A stretch of DNA of 64,000 nucleotides from Candidatus Cloacimonadales bacterium (lineage in GTDB: Bacteria; Cloacimonadota; Cloacimonadia; Cloacimonadales; JAIOQZ01), in contig OY771587.1 of assembly GCA_963674825.1 (NCBI GenBank), forward strand, positions 3,008,001 to 3,072,000, written 5' to 3'. Both the position numbers and the translations under genes were made by a program. Every line of letters begins with the position of its first letter. Positions within the stretch are counted from its first letter, which is position 1. Of this stretch, positions 8,981 through 19,171 are shown one piece after another. The notes under the pieces are model-generated. The model was not told the origin of the DNA. It searched no databases and saw nothing but the letters and a program-made list of their open reading frames with translations.

Positions 8981-10162
8981 ATGGTAAATCCCAATTTCCA
9001 AGAGGTCAGTAAGTTGCTGCGGCGCAATCGCATGATGGATACATACTTCCTGATCAAATACACCTGTGCGCCGTACCGTGGCTGTCAACACGCCTGTATG
9101 TACTGTGATGGCAGGGCGGAGAAGTACTACGTCGAGGGTGATTTCGAGAGGGACATCGTTGTACGTACCAACTTCGCTGATCGTATCCGCATTGAGCTGC
9201 CGGGTCAAAAAGAGCGTGGTATCGTTTTCCTCAGCAGTGGTGTGACCGATCCCTATCAACCGATCGAGATGGAGCAAGGCCTTATGGCAAAGGCATCGGC
9301 AGTTCTTGCCGAGATGGATTTTCCTGTCGCGGTAATGACCAAGTCCAGCCTGGCAACGCGTGACTTGGAGAACTGGAAGCGCGTCAACGATCGCGGTGGC
9401 TTCATGCTGATGGTCTCTCTTACGACGCTGGACGACCGGGTGCGTCAGATCTTTGAACCGGGAGCATCCAGTGTGGGTGAACGGTTGGAGATGATCGCGC
9501 GTTTTAAGGAGGCTGGCTGCACGGTGGGGATTAGCGCAATGCCGTTCTTGCCCATGATCAGCGATACCGAAGAGAGCTTGAGCGCATTCTATAGCAAAAT
9601 GGGGGAGATGGGTGTCGATTATGTGATGTACGGGGGGCTGACTTTGCGTCCTGGCGTGCAGAAAGATTGCTTCATGCGAGTGATCAGGGAGCATTATCCT
9701 CACCTGGAACGCGAATATGAGCGTTTGTACCGCGCGAACAGGGCTTCAGGCAGCATGGAGTCGTCTTCTTCAGAAAAAGCGTATGAACGCTTCCTACGGC
9801 TCTCGAATTTACATGGAATCGTCACAATGATCCCGCACAGGCTCTATCGGAACTGGATGGCCCGTTACGATGAGGTTTACGTGCTGATTTCTCATATGAT
9901 CGAGCTGTATAGAAACAAAAACACCGATGTGCAACGCTTGAAAAAAGCATTTAAAAATTACATGCAGTGGCTTGACGAGGAAAAACGATATCTCTACCGC
10001 AAGCGTAAGGCGACATCTATGGAGTTGGAACGTAAGCTGATCTATTTGGTTGAAAGCGATGAGATGAGCCGCCTGCTGGGAAACAGGAAGCTTGCTGAAT
10101 TTATCAGGCAGGTTGTGTTGGAGAGACGGATCTTCGACTATCGCGAGTTGAAGCTTATATGA
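8981..10162 (+). CDS. Radical SAM protein, Rv2578c/SplB-like family
   Basis: PYRGCQHACMYC, TDPYQPIE, TKS and FEPGASSVGERL motifs. Confidence 0.85.
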   Translation: MVNPNFQEVSKLLRRNRMMDTYFLIKYTCAPYRGCQHACMYCDGRAEKYYVEGDFERDIVVRTNFADRIRIELPGQKERGIVFLSSGVTDPYQPIEMEQGLMAKASAVLAEMDFPVAVMTKSSLATRDLENWKRVNDRGGFMLMVSLTTLDDRVRQIFEPGASSVGERLEMIARFKEAGCTVGISAMPFLPMISDTEESLSAFYSKMGEMGVDYVMYGGLTLRPGVQKDCFMRVIREHYPHLEREYERLYRANRASGSMESSSSEKAYERFLRLSNLHGIVTMIPHRLYRNWMARYDEVYVLISHMIELYRNKNTDVQRLKKAFKNYMQWLDEEKRYLYRKRKATSMELERKLIYLVESDEMSRLLGNRKLAEFIRQVVLERRIFDYRELKLI

Positions 10163-10202
10163 AGACTGGGGTATTACCTGAATTCGATATTGAGTAAAAA
10201 AG

Positions 10203-10233
10203 AAAAACGCGGAGCCTATCGGTTCCGCGTTTT
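10203..10233. terminator. Bidirectional intrinsic terminator
   Basis: AAAACGCGGAGCC-TATC-GGTTCCGCGTTTT between convergent genes. Confidence 0.8.
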
Positions 10234-10249
10234 ATATTAGCTTTATGCC

Positions 10250-11503
10250 TTACTTCATACCGTGGCTGATAGCCAGACCGAGGTTGAAGATCGGCAGGTA
10301 GATGACCACGATGATCGATCCCACGACCGCAGCCATGATGATGATCAGGATGGGTTCGATAAGTGAGGTCAGACGGTCGATAACCGCATCTACAAGTTTT
10401 TCGTAGAATTCAGCGGCTTTCATGAGCAGTCTGTCCATATCACCGGTTTCTTCACCAGTAGCTGTCAGCTGAACAAGCGTAGGCGGGAATACTCTGGTTT
10501 TACGGAAGGCGTTCGCTACGCTATAACCTTCTTTAACCATGACACGTGCCTTACGTACCGCATTTTCGACAACTGCATTCTGGACCACGTTTTCCACCAG
10601 TTCCATCGTATCCATGATCGGCACACCGGCCGCCATTAGAATACTGAAGGTACGAGCGAATTTACTCATGATCGATTGCTGAATCAGCTTGCCGAGAACG
10701 GGTATTTTCAGCTTGATCGCATCGATGATGAATCGACCGCGATCTGTAAGATATACCAGGAAGAACGCAAGACAGAACAGGAACAGCATGATCAGAGTAA
10801 GCGCGATATTAGATCGTATGAAATCGCTTATTGAGATAGCAACGAGTGTCGGAGCCGGAAGATCGGCTTTGAAACGTGCATACACATCAGCGAATTTCGG
10901 GATAATGTAATAGAACAAACCCCATACCACGAAAGCGAGGAATATAATGATGAATACGGGGTAGGTCATAGCGCTATACACTTTTCTGCGTGTATCTTCT
11001 ATCTTTTCGAGGTATTCCGCCAGCTCATCGAGAACTGTGTGCAGCGTACCGGAAACCTCACCAGCCTTCACCAGCGAGACATACAACGGATTGAACACAC
11101 CGGGGTGCTGCTCCATTGCTTCCGACATACTGAAACCTTTCTTGATGTCGTCTGTAAGTTTGCGAAGAACTCTGCGGAACTTCTTGTTCTTCTCTTCTTT
11201 TTCAAGATCACCCAAGGCTTTTTCGATGGTCAAACCGGCTGAAAACATGGTTGAGAGCTGCCGAGTGAAGAAAACCAGAACCTTCAGCGAGACGCCGGTT
11301 TTCCACTTGTAGAACGTCAGCATCAGTTTGTCGAACAGGGAAAGCTTGCCTGAGAAAGCGCCTTCAGAAGCGCTCTTCACAGCGATAATCGTACCGCCTT
11401 CCTTATTCAACTTATCGATTGCTTCGTCCAGAGATGCAGCTTTGACCCTGCCTTCCAGTCGGGCACCTTTCGCATCCTTGATGATGTACGAAAATGTTGC
11501 CAT
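10250..11503 (-). CDS. pilC: Type IV pilus platform protein PilC/GspF (locus 1)
   Basis: FTRQLSTMFSAGL, AGEVSGTL, TGEETGDM, SLIEP...IYLPIF; three TM helices. Confidence 0.93.
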   Translation of the reverse strand: MATFSYIIKDAKGARLEGRVKAASLDEAIDKLNKEGGTIIAVKSASEGAFSGKLSLFDKLMLTFYKWKTGVSLKVLVFFTRQLSTMFSAGLTIEKALGDLEKEEKNKKFRRVLRKLTDDIKKGFSMSEAMEQHPGVFNPLYVSLVKAGEVSGTLHTVLDELAEYLEKIEDTRRKVYSAMTYPVFIIIFLAFVVWGLFYYIIPKFADVYARFKADLPAPTLVAISISDFIRSNIALTLIMLFLFCLAFFLVYLTDRGRFIIDAIKLKIPVLGKLIQQSIMSKFARTFSILMAAGVPIMDTMELVENVVQNAVVENAVRKARVMVKEGYSVANAFRKTRVFPPTLVQLTATGEETGDMDRLLMKAAEFYEKLVDAVIDRLTSLIEPILIIIMAAVVGSIIVVIYLPIFNLGLAISHGMK

Positions 11504-11528
11504 AAATCAATCCTTTTGACCGCGATGT

Positions 11529-13238
11529 TTATGCATCTGAGAAGGTCAGTTTGATAACCTCGCGGATCGAGGTTATACCACGCGCCATTTTTGAGATTGC
11601 GCTGTCATGCAGTGATTGCATACCGTTTTCCAGAGCCATGTTTCTGATCATATCCTGGTTGGAACCATCGAAGATCAGCTGGCGGATGTTGGGCTTGACT
11701 TCGAGGAGCTCGAAGATACCTGTACGGCCGGCATAACCTGTATTGTCACAGTGAACGCAACCTGCTCCGTGCTTGAACTTCATATTCACGGCATCTTTCT
11801 TATCGATACCAGCTTCAACGAGCTCTTCATCCGTAGGAGTATAATCTGTCTTGCAATGAGGGCAGATTTTACGAAGAAGACGCTGCGCCATAACCAGGTT
11901 GAGCGAGGAGCCCACCAGATAGCTGGGGACACCGATGTCGATCAAACGTGTAACGGTTGATGGTGCGTCATTCGCGTGAAGCGTCGAGAACACGAGGTGA
12001 CCGGTTAGCGAGAATTTGATCGCGATATCAGCGGTTTCCTCGTCACGAATCTCACCAATGAGCACGATATCCGGGTCCTGACGAAGAACCGAACGAAGAG
12101 CGGATGCGAATGTAAGTCCGATCTTTTCGTAGGCTTCGATCTGGGTAATACCGTCCAAGCGATATTCGACGGGGTCTTCCACGGTAACGATGTTGTTCTC
12201 GATATTCTGGATCTCTTTCAGCGCGGCGTGCAGCGTGGTTGATTTACCGCTACCGGTAGGACCGGAAACGATGATGATACCATACGGTCTGTGGATCCAT
12301 TTACGGAACACGGTAAAGTGCTCTTCGTCGAAACCGAGGGTGGTCAGCTTGAAGCCGAAATCACCCTTGTCGAGAAGACGCATAACGACTTTCTCGCCGG
12401 TAACAGTTGGTGTAATGGATACACGAACGTCCACGCTTTTCACCGAGGTCTTGAGCGAGATATGACCGTCCTGAGGCAGACGGCGCTCAGCGATGTTGAG
12501 CTTGGACATAACCTTTGTAAGCGAGATGAGACCAGCGTGCATTCCGATAGGTGGATTCATCACTTCGCGAAGAGCGCCGTCGATACGGAACCGGACGCGA
12601 GTGTGTTTAGTCAGTGGTTCGATGTGAATGTCGGTCGTGTTAGACTTGATAGCCTCGGTGATAATGAGGTTCATAAGCTTCACAACCGGGGCATCTGCAT
12701 CGTCTGATTTCTCGATGTTGATTTCGTTTTCTTCGTCATCAACAGCGACAAAGTCGAAGTTACCGACAGCATCTTCCACCTGAGAGGTTGTACGAATACT
12801 CTTATAATAACGTTCCAGCGTGTCCGAAAGGAGTGTCTCGGTAATCAGGATAGGTTTGACCGCTTTGTGCAGCAGCTTTTGCAGACCGTCCTGGATAACG
12901 ATGTTGTCAGGGTCGGTCATTGCGACAACGACACCGTCCACGTCATCCCGAATGGCAAGCACGCGGTTTTCGATCGCGAAAGGCTCAGGGATCATTCTAA
13001 CGACGGACTGTTCAAGCTCGAGCAGTTCTTGTTCGTCAATGATCGGGATTTCCAGCTGCTTGTGAAGTGCGACCAGAAGATCCTTTTCGCCGAGGTGACC
13101 AAGTTTGATCAGCGTTTCGCCAAGCTTCAGATTGAAGTTGTTCTGCTTGATGAGCGCTTCTTTAACGTGGTCTTCCGTTACGAATCCTTCCTTGACCAGA
13201 ATTTCTCCGATTCGGGCGAATTGAGGATTATACGACAT
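11529..13238 (-). CDS. pilB: Type IV pilus extension ATPase PilB/GspE with MshEN domain (locus 1)
   Basis: DIHIEP, ERRLPQDG, Walker A GPTGSGKST, VEDPVEY, LRQDPDIVLIGEIRD, TGHLVFSTLH, tetracysteine CPHC...CVHC. Confidence 0.95.
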   Translation of the reverse strand: MSYNPQFARIGEILVKEGFVTEDHVKEALIKQNNFNLKLGETLIKLGHLGEKDLLVALHKQLEIPIIDEQELLELEQSVVRMIPEPFAIENRVLAIRDDVDGVVVAMTDPDNIVIQDGLQKLLHKAVKPILITETLLSDTLERYYKSIRTTSQVEDAVGNFDFVAVDDEENEINIEKSDDADAPVVKLMNLIITEAIKSNTTDIHIEPLTKHTRVRFRIDGALREVMNPPIGMHAGLISLTKVMSKLNIAERRLPQDGHISLKTSVKSVDVRVSITPTVTGEKVVMRLLDKGDFGFKLTTLGFDEEHFTVFRKWIHRPYGIIIVSGPTGSGKSTTLHAALKEIQNIENNIVTVEDPVEYRLDGITQIEAYEKIGLTFASALRSVLRQDPDIVLIGEIRDEETADIAIKFSLTGHLVFSTLHANDAPSTVTRLIDIGVPSYLVGSSLNLVMAQRLLRKICPHCKTDYTPTDEELVEAGIDKKDAVNMKFKHGAGCVHCDNTGYAGRTGIFELLEVKPNIRQLIFDGSNQDMIRNMALENGMQSLHDSAISKMARGITSIREVIKLTFSDA

Positions 13239-13265
13239 TTATTCTCCTTGTAGAAATTATGAATA

Positions 13266-13293
13266 CGGAAGGGAGAACAATGTCTCCCCTCCG
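13266..13293 (-). terminator. Stem-loop after the Ig-repeat gene (terminator or mRNA stabiliser)
   Basis: CGGAAGGGAGA...TCTCCCCTCCG inverted repeat between 13307 and pilB; the U-tract is weak. Confidence 0.5.
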
Positions 13294-13306
13294 GAATATT
13301 ACTGAA

Positions 13307-15991
13307 CTACTCAGCGGGGCGGTAATTCAGAATAATGATCGTTGTCTGGTCCGTAACTTCGGTTCCGACAATCGTACCAGTGATGTCAACGGGAACCTCG
13401 TTTGGCGGAGGAGTCACGCGCGGACATTCATATTCGTGGAACAGGATTCTGGCGATTGCGACACCAGCTTCGTTTGTCTGAACGACGTCGTAGTCTTCAC
13501 CAGGAACCTGGTATTCATCATCAGGTGCAATGAAGTCACCACGAATCGAATACAGTGTGATTTTTGCACCGTGAATCGGGCTACCCTGACCATCAGTAAC
13601 AGAGATGTTAACTTCACCAGTAACCGTAGTGTAGGTGGTATCTTCGATGAAGTCGATATGCCCCGGAATCGGGATCATTTCAAGCTGCGGTGAGTTGAGC
13701 GGCAGCTTGAAGTTAACGACATCAGAGAGGTCGCCACATTCGATTCTGATCGGCAGTTCTTCGAAGGTATGGCTACCGTCGTAGATAACTGTGGAGAATG
13801 CAACACCTTGGAGGGAGTCACCTTCTTCGTTCAAGTTACCAACGTAAGCTTCCGCGATAACGGTAGCCCATTCGATGGTATCGTCGTCGATGGAGAACCA
13901 GACGGCTGTACCGTAGTCAACCGGGTTACCCCATTCGTCGGTGATGATAGCGCTGATACCTACTGACCAAAGACCGCTACCAACGTTTGTACCGGTATCG
14001 TATTCACCGATACCACCGTCGATGTGGTAAGGAGGACCAGCGTGGATAACGATATTCGAACGTGTCGCGCTGACTTCCTGGTTGTTATCGTTGATTGTAT
14101 AAGCCTTGATCCAAACAACACCAGCTTCTGTACCGCTGTTGACAGAGACGATTGCCGATCCATTGACAGAGGTCACGATCAGTTCGTCGTTCGGTGAATA
14201 GACCTGGTTGTTGAAGTTACAGCCCTCAGGTGGAGCAGCCATAAACTTGAAGTGTACGTCCTTGTTCTCGAGAATGGGGTTTCCACTCATGTCCCAGAGC
14301 TTTACGGTAAGTTCGTATGTGGACATACCACCCGTACCGATAATACTCATGTCGACCTGTCCCGGGAAGGCATAGGTCATCTGGCTGACGTCGTCAGAAA
14401 TGACGTTCACGACAGTTGAACCGGTAGCGGAGTCGGCGACGGCAGTGATTTCTGCGAGGCCAGCTTCAAGACCGGAAGAGAAGGACGCGGTTGCGATACC
14501 TTCGGTATTGGTGAAGTTCGGGGATGTTATCGAGCCAATTGATGATTCGAAGGTTACCGCTTTGCCGGAAAGGACAGCGTTACCGTAACGATCTGTTACT
14601 GCAGCCTTTACCCATATTTCTTCACTGCTGTTGACTTGGATTGTATCTTCCTCGGTAGTCATGGTGAGGTATGTCGGGCTACCGGGTTTTACGCTGAATG
14701 TCTGAGAATCAGCTACTTCGCCGATGAATGCTGTGACTGTGTTCTCGCCACTGATTTCGCCAGCGTTGAAGTAAACGGTACCTGTACCGTTGGAAGTTCC
14801 TACGGTATAGCGCTTGCCATTCGATGCACCGGAATCTGTTCCGTCCTGGAAGTAACCATTGACGGTGGTGAAGGTCATGAGGGTTCCGTCTTCGACGAAC
14901 TCGTCATACTCGTTCAGAGCGGTAGCGCTGACGGTACGAACCTGGTCGATACCAATGTTCGATACGAAAGAGCTGTCCATCACAACGGAAGATACGAGCG
15001 GTTCGGGAAGAACTTCAACCTGGACCTGCATGGAAGCGGTACCAACGATCGCTTCGATGGTTGCAGTACCGACATCACCCTGATCCCAGAATGTGGTCTC
15101 AGCAACACCGGAGCTATCTGTAGTTACGGTTGAGATAAGGTTACCGACAGAATTGCCCTGATTGTCGGGGACTATGCGGAAACGAACGGTTTCACCTGCG
15201 ACTGCGAAGTTATCTTCGTCGCGAACGACAGCAGTAAGTGTCGAATAGGTAAGATTATTGTCCGCATAGATAGTAGGAGGATTCGCGTTGAGGCTGACAA
15301 TCGAGTAGCTCGGAGGCGTTTCGATTGCAACAACCAGAGTAGCGCGAGAAGTGCCGATGCTAGCAACGATGGTTGCATCACCGGTTTCGCCGGTATCATG
15401 AAGCTCGACTACAGCAACGCCATTGGTGCCACTGATAGCTGAAGCAGTAATGTCTCCGAGATTGGTGTTGAATGTTACAGTTTCTTCGGGAAGAAGATTA
15501 CCTTCACTGTCGCGAACGGTGGCGCGGATTTCAGCATAGGTGGTTGCGTCGCTGTCTGCGTAGATCGAAGTCGGATTAGAGGTTATCTTGGAGATATATT
15601 TCTCCGGAGCTTCTTTAATCGTCATGCTGATCGTTTTTGCAGAGTTTGCGATCTTGGCAGCGATGACAACGGGGCCAGTCATGCCGAGATCGTGGAATTC
15701 AGATGTTGCGATACCAGATGCATCGGTTACAACAGCTTTAGTAATCTGACCGATGTTGCTGGTAAACGTGACAGTCTGGTCGGTAACCGGAACATTGTCG
15801 TTATCTTTGACAACAGCTGTAATGGTTGCGAACGTTTCCGTATTTCCATCAGCGTATATAGTATCAATATCCGTTCCAAGGTACGAGATGTAGTAGTCCG
15901 GAACTTCTACGCTTCGGTTATCACAACCTGAGAAGACCAGGGTCAGTCCTATTACAGCAATCAGTAGGATATACGGTAAGGATTTTCTCAT
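13307..15991 (-). CDS. Lipoprotein with tandem invasin/intimin-type Ig-like (Big_1) repeats
   Basis: Lipobox VFSG|C; repeated IYAD...ATITAVV(K/R)D...ETVTF...G...T..SGVA...F.D.G..G units; very rich in T, S, V and D. Confidence 0.85.
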   Translation of the reverse strand: MRKSLPYILLIAVIGLTLVFSGCDNRSVEVPDYYISYLGTDIDTIYADGNTETFATITAVVKDNDNVPVTDQTVTFTSNIGQITKAVVTDASGIATSEFHDLGMTGPVVIAAKIANSAKTISMTIKEAPEKYISKITSNPTSIYADSDATTYAEIRATVRDSEGNLLPEETVTFNTNLGDITASAISGTNGVAVVELHDTGETGDATIVASIGTSRATLVVAIETPPSYSIVSLNANPPTIYADNNLTYSTLTAVVRDEDNFAVAGETVRFRIVPDNQGNSVGNLISTVTTDSSGVAETTFWDQGDVGTATIEAIVGTASMQVQVEVLPEPLVSSVVMDSSFVSNIGIDQVRTVSATALNEYDEFVEDGTLMTFTTVNGYFQDGTDSGASNGKRYTVGTSNGTGTVYFNAGEISGENTVTAFIGEVADSQTFSVKPGSPTYLTMTTEEDTIQVNSSEEIWVKAAVTDRYGNAVLSGKAVTFESSIGSITSPNFTNTEGIATASFSSGLEAGLAEITAVADSATGSTVVNVISDDVSQMTYAFPGQVDMSIIGTGGMSTYELTVKLWDMSGNPILENKDVHFKFMAAPPEGCNFNNQVYSPNDELIVTSVNGSAIVSVNSGTEAGVVWIKAYTINDNNQEVSATRSNIVIHAGPPYHIDGGIGEYDTGTNVGSGLWSVGISAIITDEWGNPVDYGTAVWFSIDDDTIEWATVIAEAYVGNLNEEGDSLQGVAFSTVIYDGSHTFEELPIRIECGDLSDVVNFKLPLNSPQLEMIPIPGHIDFIEDTTYTTVTGEVNISVTDGQGSPIHGAKITLYSIRGDFIAPDDEYQVPGEDYDVVQTNEAGVAIARILFHEYECPRVTPPPNEVPVDITGTIVGTEVTDQTTIIILNYRPAE

Positions 15992-16000
15992 AAATTCCCC

Positions 16001-17401
16001 CTACTCTTCTTCAGAAGCGGTTTTGGTCTTAATCAGCTTCTGATTGAGTCTTTCATCAACTTCAAACTCAACTTGCTCACTCTGAAGGTCAACAATACGA
16101 GGTGTGATTTCGATGATGAGGTCGGTTGTCTTGAGCTCTTGAACAGTGTGCTGGAAAAGCTTGCCGATGAAGGGCAGGTCGCCCAGGAACGGAAGCTTGT
16201 CAACAGTGTTGGAGAGTGTTGAAGAGAGCAGACCGCCAACGATGATTTTGCTACCATCAGGAACGGTAACGGTTGAATTAACCTGTCTGGTTTTCTTACG
16301 AGGAAGACGTCCGTCAACCAGCTCGATGATAGAGCTGACTTCGGGAGAAATAGAAGTTGTAATCAGGCCGTCGCGGTTCACTTTAGGCTGAACCGACAGC
16401 TTGATACCGATTTCTTCTTCTTCAGTCTGATATTCGCCTTCGCGATCGACTGCTACGTATTTCACGATCTCACCGATAAGGATGTCAGCTTCTTCGCCGT
16501 TGAGGGCGGTGACGCGAGTATCGGTGAGCAGCTTGGCTGCGTTGTTTTCCAGAAGGAAGTCAAGGGTAATGTCGAAAGCTGTAAGCTGGCGACTAAAGTG
16601 GAATTGATCATCCCAGTTATCCATTTTGATAAAGTACTGCTGATCAGGCAGAACTTCGAAGTCGGTGGGGTCACCGTAAATCGTAGCGCCGGTATCGTCG
16701 CTGTAGTTGTAGGGAAGACCTACACCGTCAGCTGAGACCGGGTTTTCGGCCATGATCAGTGTGAAGTGGTTCAGGTTTGACCAATCGATACCGTATTGCT
16801 TGGTATCGGTAAGGGAGATTTCAATGATTCTTGCGCGGATTTCGATCTGCTTCTGTGGAACGTCCAGTTCAGCGATTCTGGAAGCGATTTCGGAATAGGT
16901 TTCCGGGTTTGCGCGAATCAGAAGGGCGTTCTGGCCTTCGATACCGGAAACTTCGCCGGGCATCATTTCGAGGGCGCGGATCAGCTTTTCCACATCAACA
17001 TAGTTAACGGGAATTACATAACTTCTTTCACCAACTTCCTCCTCAATCTTGGCCTTTTCGCCAACGAGGAAGGTGTTTTCTCCGATCAAACGGTAGGAGA
17101 GTCCAACTGTTTTTACAACTAGCGCCAGTGCCTGCTCGATCGGCACGTCGTTCAGGTGGATCGTAATCCGTTGATCTTCCTGATCATCTTTGCCGCCGAG
17201 AGCATCGAGCGAAAGGACGATGTTGCAGTCACTCAAACGTGCCATGGTTGATAACGTGTGTCCGATAGAACCATCTTCCACGTTGAGAGAAATTTTCCTG
17301 TTCAGCAGGTCATCTTGCGTGATCGCAAAAGAGCTGACTATGCCGAACATCAGGATTGCGACAAGCAAAACCCATTTTGCAGAATACTTTGACCTTTGCA
17401 T
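16001..17401 (-). CDS. pilQ: Outer-membrane secretin PilQ/GspD
   Basis: LDVPQKQIEIRARIIE, GIDWS, ALNGEEADILIG, IGIKLSVQPKV, KLPFLGDLPFIGKLF, ITPRIV; ATG at 17401 has a GGAG RBS. Confidence 0.92.
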   Translation of the reverse strand: MQRSKYSAKWVLLVAILMFGIVSSFAITQDDLLNRKISLNVEDGSIGHTLSTMARLSDCNIVLSLDALGGKDDQEDQRITIHLNDVPIEQALALVVKTVGLSYRLIGENTFLVGEKAKIEEEVGERSYVIPVNYVDVEKLIRALEMMPGEVSGIEGQNALLIRANPETYSEIASRIAELDVPQKQIEIRARIIEISLTDTKQYGIDWSNLNHFTLIMAENPVSADGVGLPYNYSDDTGATIYGDPTDFEVLPDQQYFIKMDNWDDQFHFSRQLTAFDITLDFLLENNAAKLLTDTRVTALNGEEADILIGEIVKYVAVDREGEYQTEEEEIGIKLSVQPKVNRDGLITTSISPEVSSIIELVDGRLPRKKTRQVNSTVTVPDGSKIIVGGLLSSTLSNTVDKLPFLGDLPFIGKLFQHTVQELKTTDLIIEITPRIVDLQSEQVEFEVDERLNQKLIKTKTASEEE

Positions 17402-17436
17402 AGATACTCCTTTAATTCTATATTTCTTCATTTTTT

Positions 17437-17970
17437 CTACCATTCCTGTTCCGTTACAATCTCATCTTTGATCAAGGCTTTCGGTTTTTCCGGTATCGGT
17501 GAGAGCTCGAGCGTGTGCTGTTGTCCACCGCGTTCATAAAGAATCTTACCCTTCTGGATATCGACAATCTTGCGTCCTTCAAACAGGTCACCTACACGGT
17601 AGTCGTTGCGGACGCCCTGATACTCGATGGTCGCGATCTTTTCGTTATCGACCAGATAGGTTCCGGTCAGACGAATCGTTGCTTCCACTTCTTTCTTCCA
17701 CTGTTTTTCGATGTCGATGATTGTTTTCACAATCAGGTTCTGTTCCAGCGGATCCTTTACGACGGTAAATGCGAAATCCTTACGATCCTGGATGGATTGC
17801 TCGATGTCTTCTATTTCCTTTTTCAGATCGGAGCTGATACCTTTGTTGCGATCTGGCTCATCCGGAAACTCGAGAGACTGGTTATACAGGAAGTAACCCC
17901 GTATGCCGAAAGCAATCATCATCAAAAAGATCAGGGCGATGGTGAAATCTTTAATGTATCTGCCTTCCAT
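17437..17970 (-). CDS. PilP/GspC-like alignment protein
   Basis: Lies between pilO and the secretin; N-terminal TM; KDPLE and RLTG...ATIE...YRVGD...IVDI beta domain. Confidence 0.65.
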   Translation of the reverse strand: MEGRYIKDFTIALIFLMMIAFGIRGYFLYNQSLEFPDEPDRNKGISSDLKKEIEDIEQSIQDRKDFAFTVVKDPLEQNLIVKTIIDIEKQWKKEVEATIRLTGTYLVDNEKIATIEYQGVRNDYRVGDLFEGRKIVDIQKGKILYERGGQQHTLELSPIPEKPKALIKDEIVTEQEW

Positions 17971-18563
17971 CACGCCTCCTTCCTGATTTTGAACGTACTC
18001 AAATCGAGTGTTACGATATAGCGGGTCACGTCATTTTCTTCATCCGACGGTCCTTCGAGCTCGGCTTTGAGGCGCTTTGCCTTTTCGTCGATGCGTTTGG
18101 GCTTTACGTCGATCATGTTGATCTTGATGATGCGATCCGATTTTTCGAGATTGGTAATGTATTTTCCAAGCTGAACGTAGGTGCAGTCCAGGGTGATTGT
18201 GTACTGGTGCTGCATGATCTCGTTCGGAGAATACACTTCTTTCGGCGTCAGGGATTGAATCGGAATCTCCAATGAATCTGCATAGGCTGCAAGTTTCTTG
18301 GCAAATGTGTTGATCTCGTCGGAATTGAATTCCATCACATCGTTTTCTACCATCACATTTCTGATAACCCGTGATACGCCACTGAGTTCTTTATTAAGCA
18401 CTTCTGCACTGTTAAGCTGTTCTTGCGCTTTGACAATCTTCTTGTCGAGCTTTGTTATTTCCTTGGCTTTGCCATTGTACATCAAGCTCGCATAGTAGAA
18501 GAAAAACACGGTCGAAGCAGCAATCAAGAATAACAGTAACAGATATCTTTCTTTCATCTTCAT
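17970..18563 (-). CDS. pilO: PilO-like protein
   Basis: TM plus coiled coil plus YVQLGKYITNLEKSDRIIKI; synteny within pilMNOP. Confidence 0.8.
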   Translation of the reverse strand: MKMKERYLLLLFLIAASTVFFFYYASLMYNGKAKEITKLDKKIVKAQEQLNSAEVLNKELSGVSRVIRNVMVENDVMEFNSDEINTFAKKLAAYADSLEIPIQSLTPKEVYSPNEIMQHQYTITLDCTYVQLGKYITNLEKSDRIIKINMIDVKPKRIDEKAKRLKAELEGPSDEENDVTRYIVTLDLSTFKIRKEA

Positions 18564-19162
18564 TGCTTACTCCTCTTCAGTGATTTCTTACCCGATTCCT
18601 TGGAGAAGCAGTCTACCTGGAAACGGATAATATCCGTATCTTTCTCTTTGTCACGGCGATACTGTTCGTAATAGATTTCAGGGAAGTCAGAGCTGATCTG
18701 TTCATTCTGTTTCAGATCTTCGATGAACTTATCGATCAGGCTGTATTCCTTTACGTCTTTATCGACCTGTGTGATGCCGTAAAGCGTCAGGATGCCACGC
18801 TTGAACTGGAAATGGGTAATCGCGATCTTGTCACTGGTCTTTTCAGCCAGCGCTACCAGTTTCTTTGCCCAGAAGATACGGTTCTTACTGACATCCGCGA
18901 TCTTGCTCAGGTCTTCAGAAGAAAGGTAGTCACCACTCGATTGTGTCGCTTCGATACGGTCGTCGATTTCCTTGAGGAAGTCTTTTCTCGCCTTGATTTT
19001 GTCGTCCATACGCATTTGAACGTAGTAAACGAACCCATACATGATGGCGGAGATGACCACAAAGCTGATGATCGAGTTGATGAACGTCTTCTTTTCTTGC
19101 TCCATTTTGAGCTTCAGTTCCCCGAAGCGGTTCAAGTTGATTTTGAAATACATTTGCGTCAT
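18560..19162 (-). CDS. pilN: PilN-like protein
   Basis: N-terminal KINL motif (PilM-binding INLL-like), TM helix, coiled coil; follows pilM. Confidence 0.78.
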   Translation of the reverse strand: MTQMYFKINLNRFGELKLKMEQEKKTFINSIISFVVISAIMYGFVYYVQMRMDDKIKARKDFLKEIDDRIEATQSSGDYLSSEDLSKIADVSKNRIFWAKKLVALAEKTSDKIAITHFQFKRGILTLYGITQVDKDVKEYSLIDKFIEDLKQNEQISSDFPEIYYEQYRRDKEKDTDIIRFQVDCFSKESGKKSLKRSKQ

Positions 19163-19171
19163 ATTCCACTC

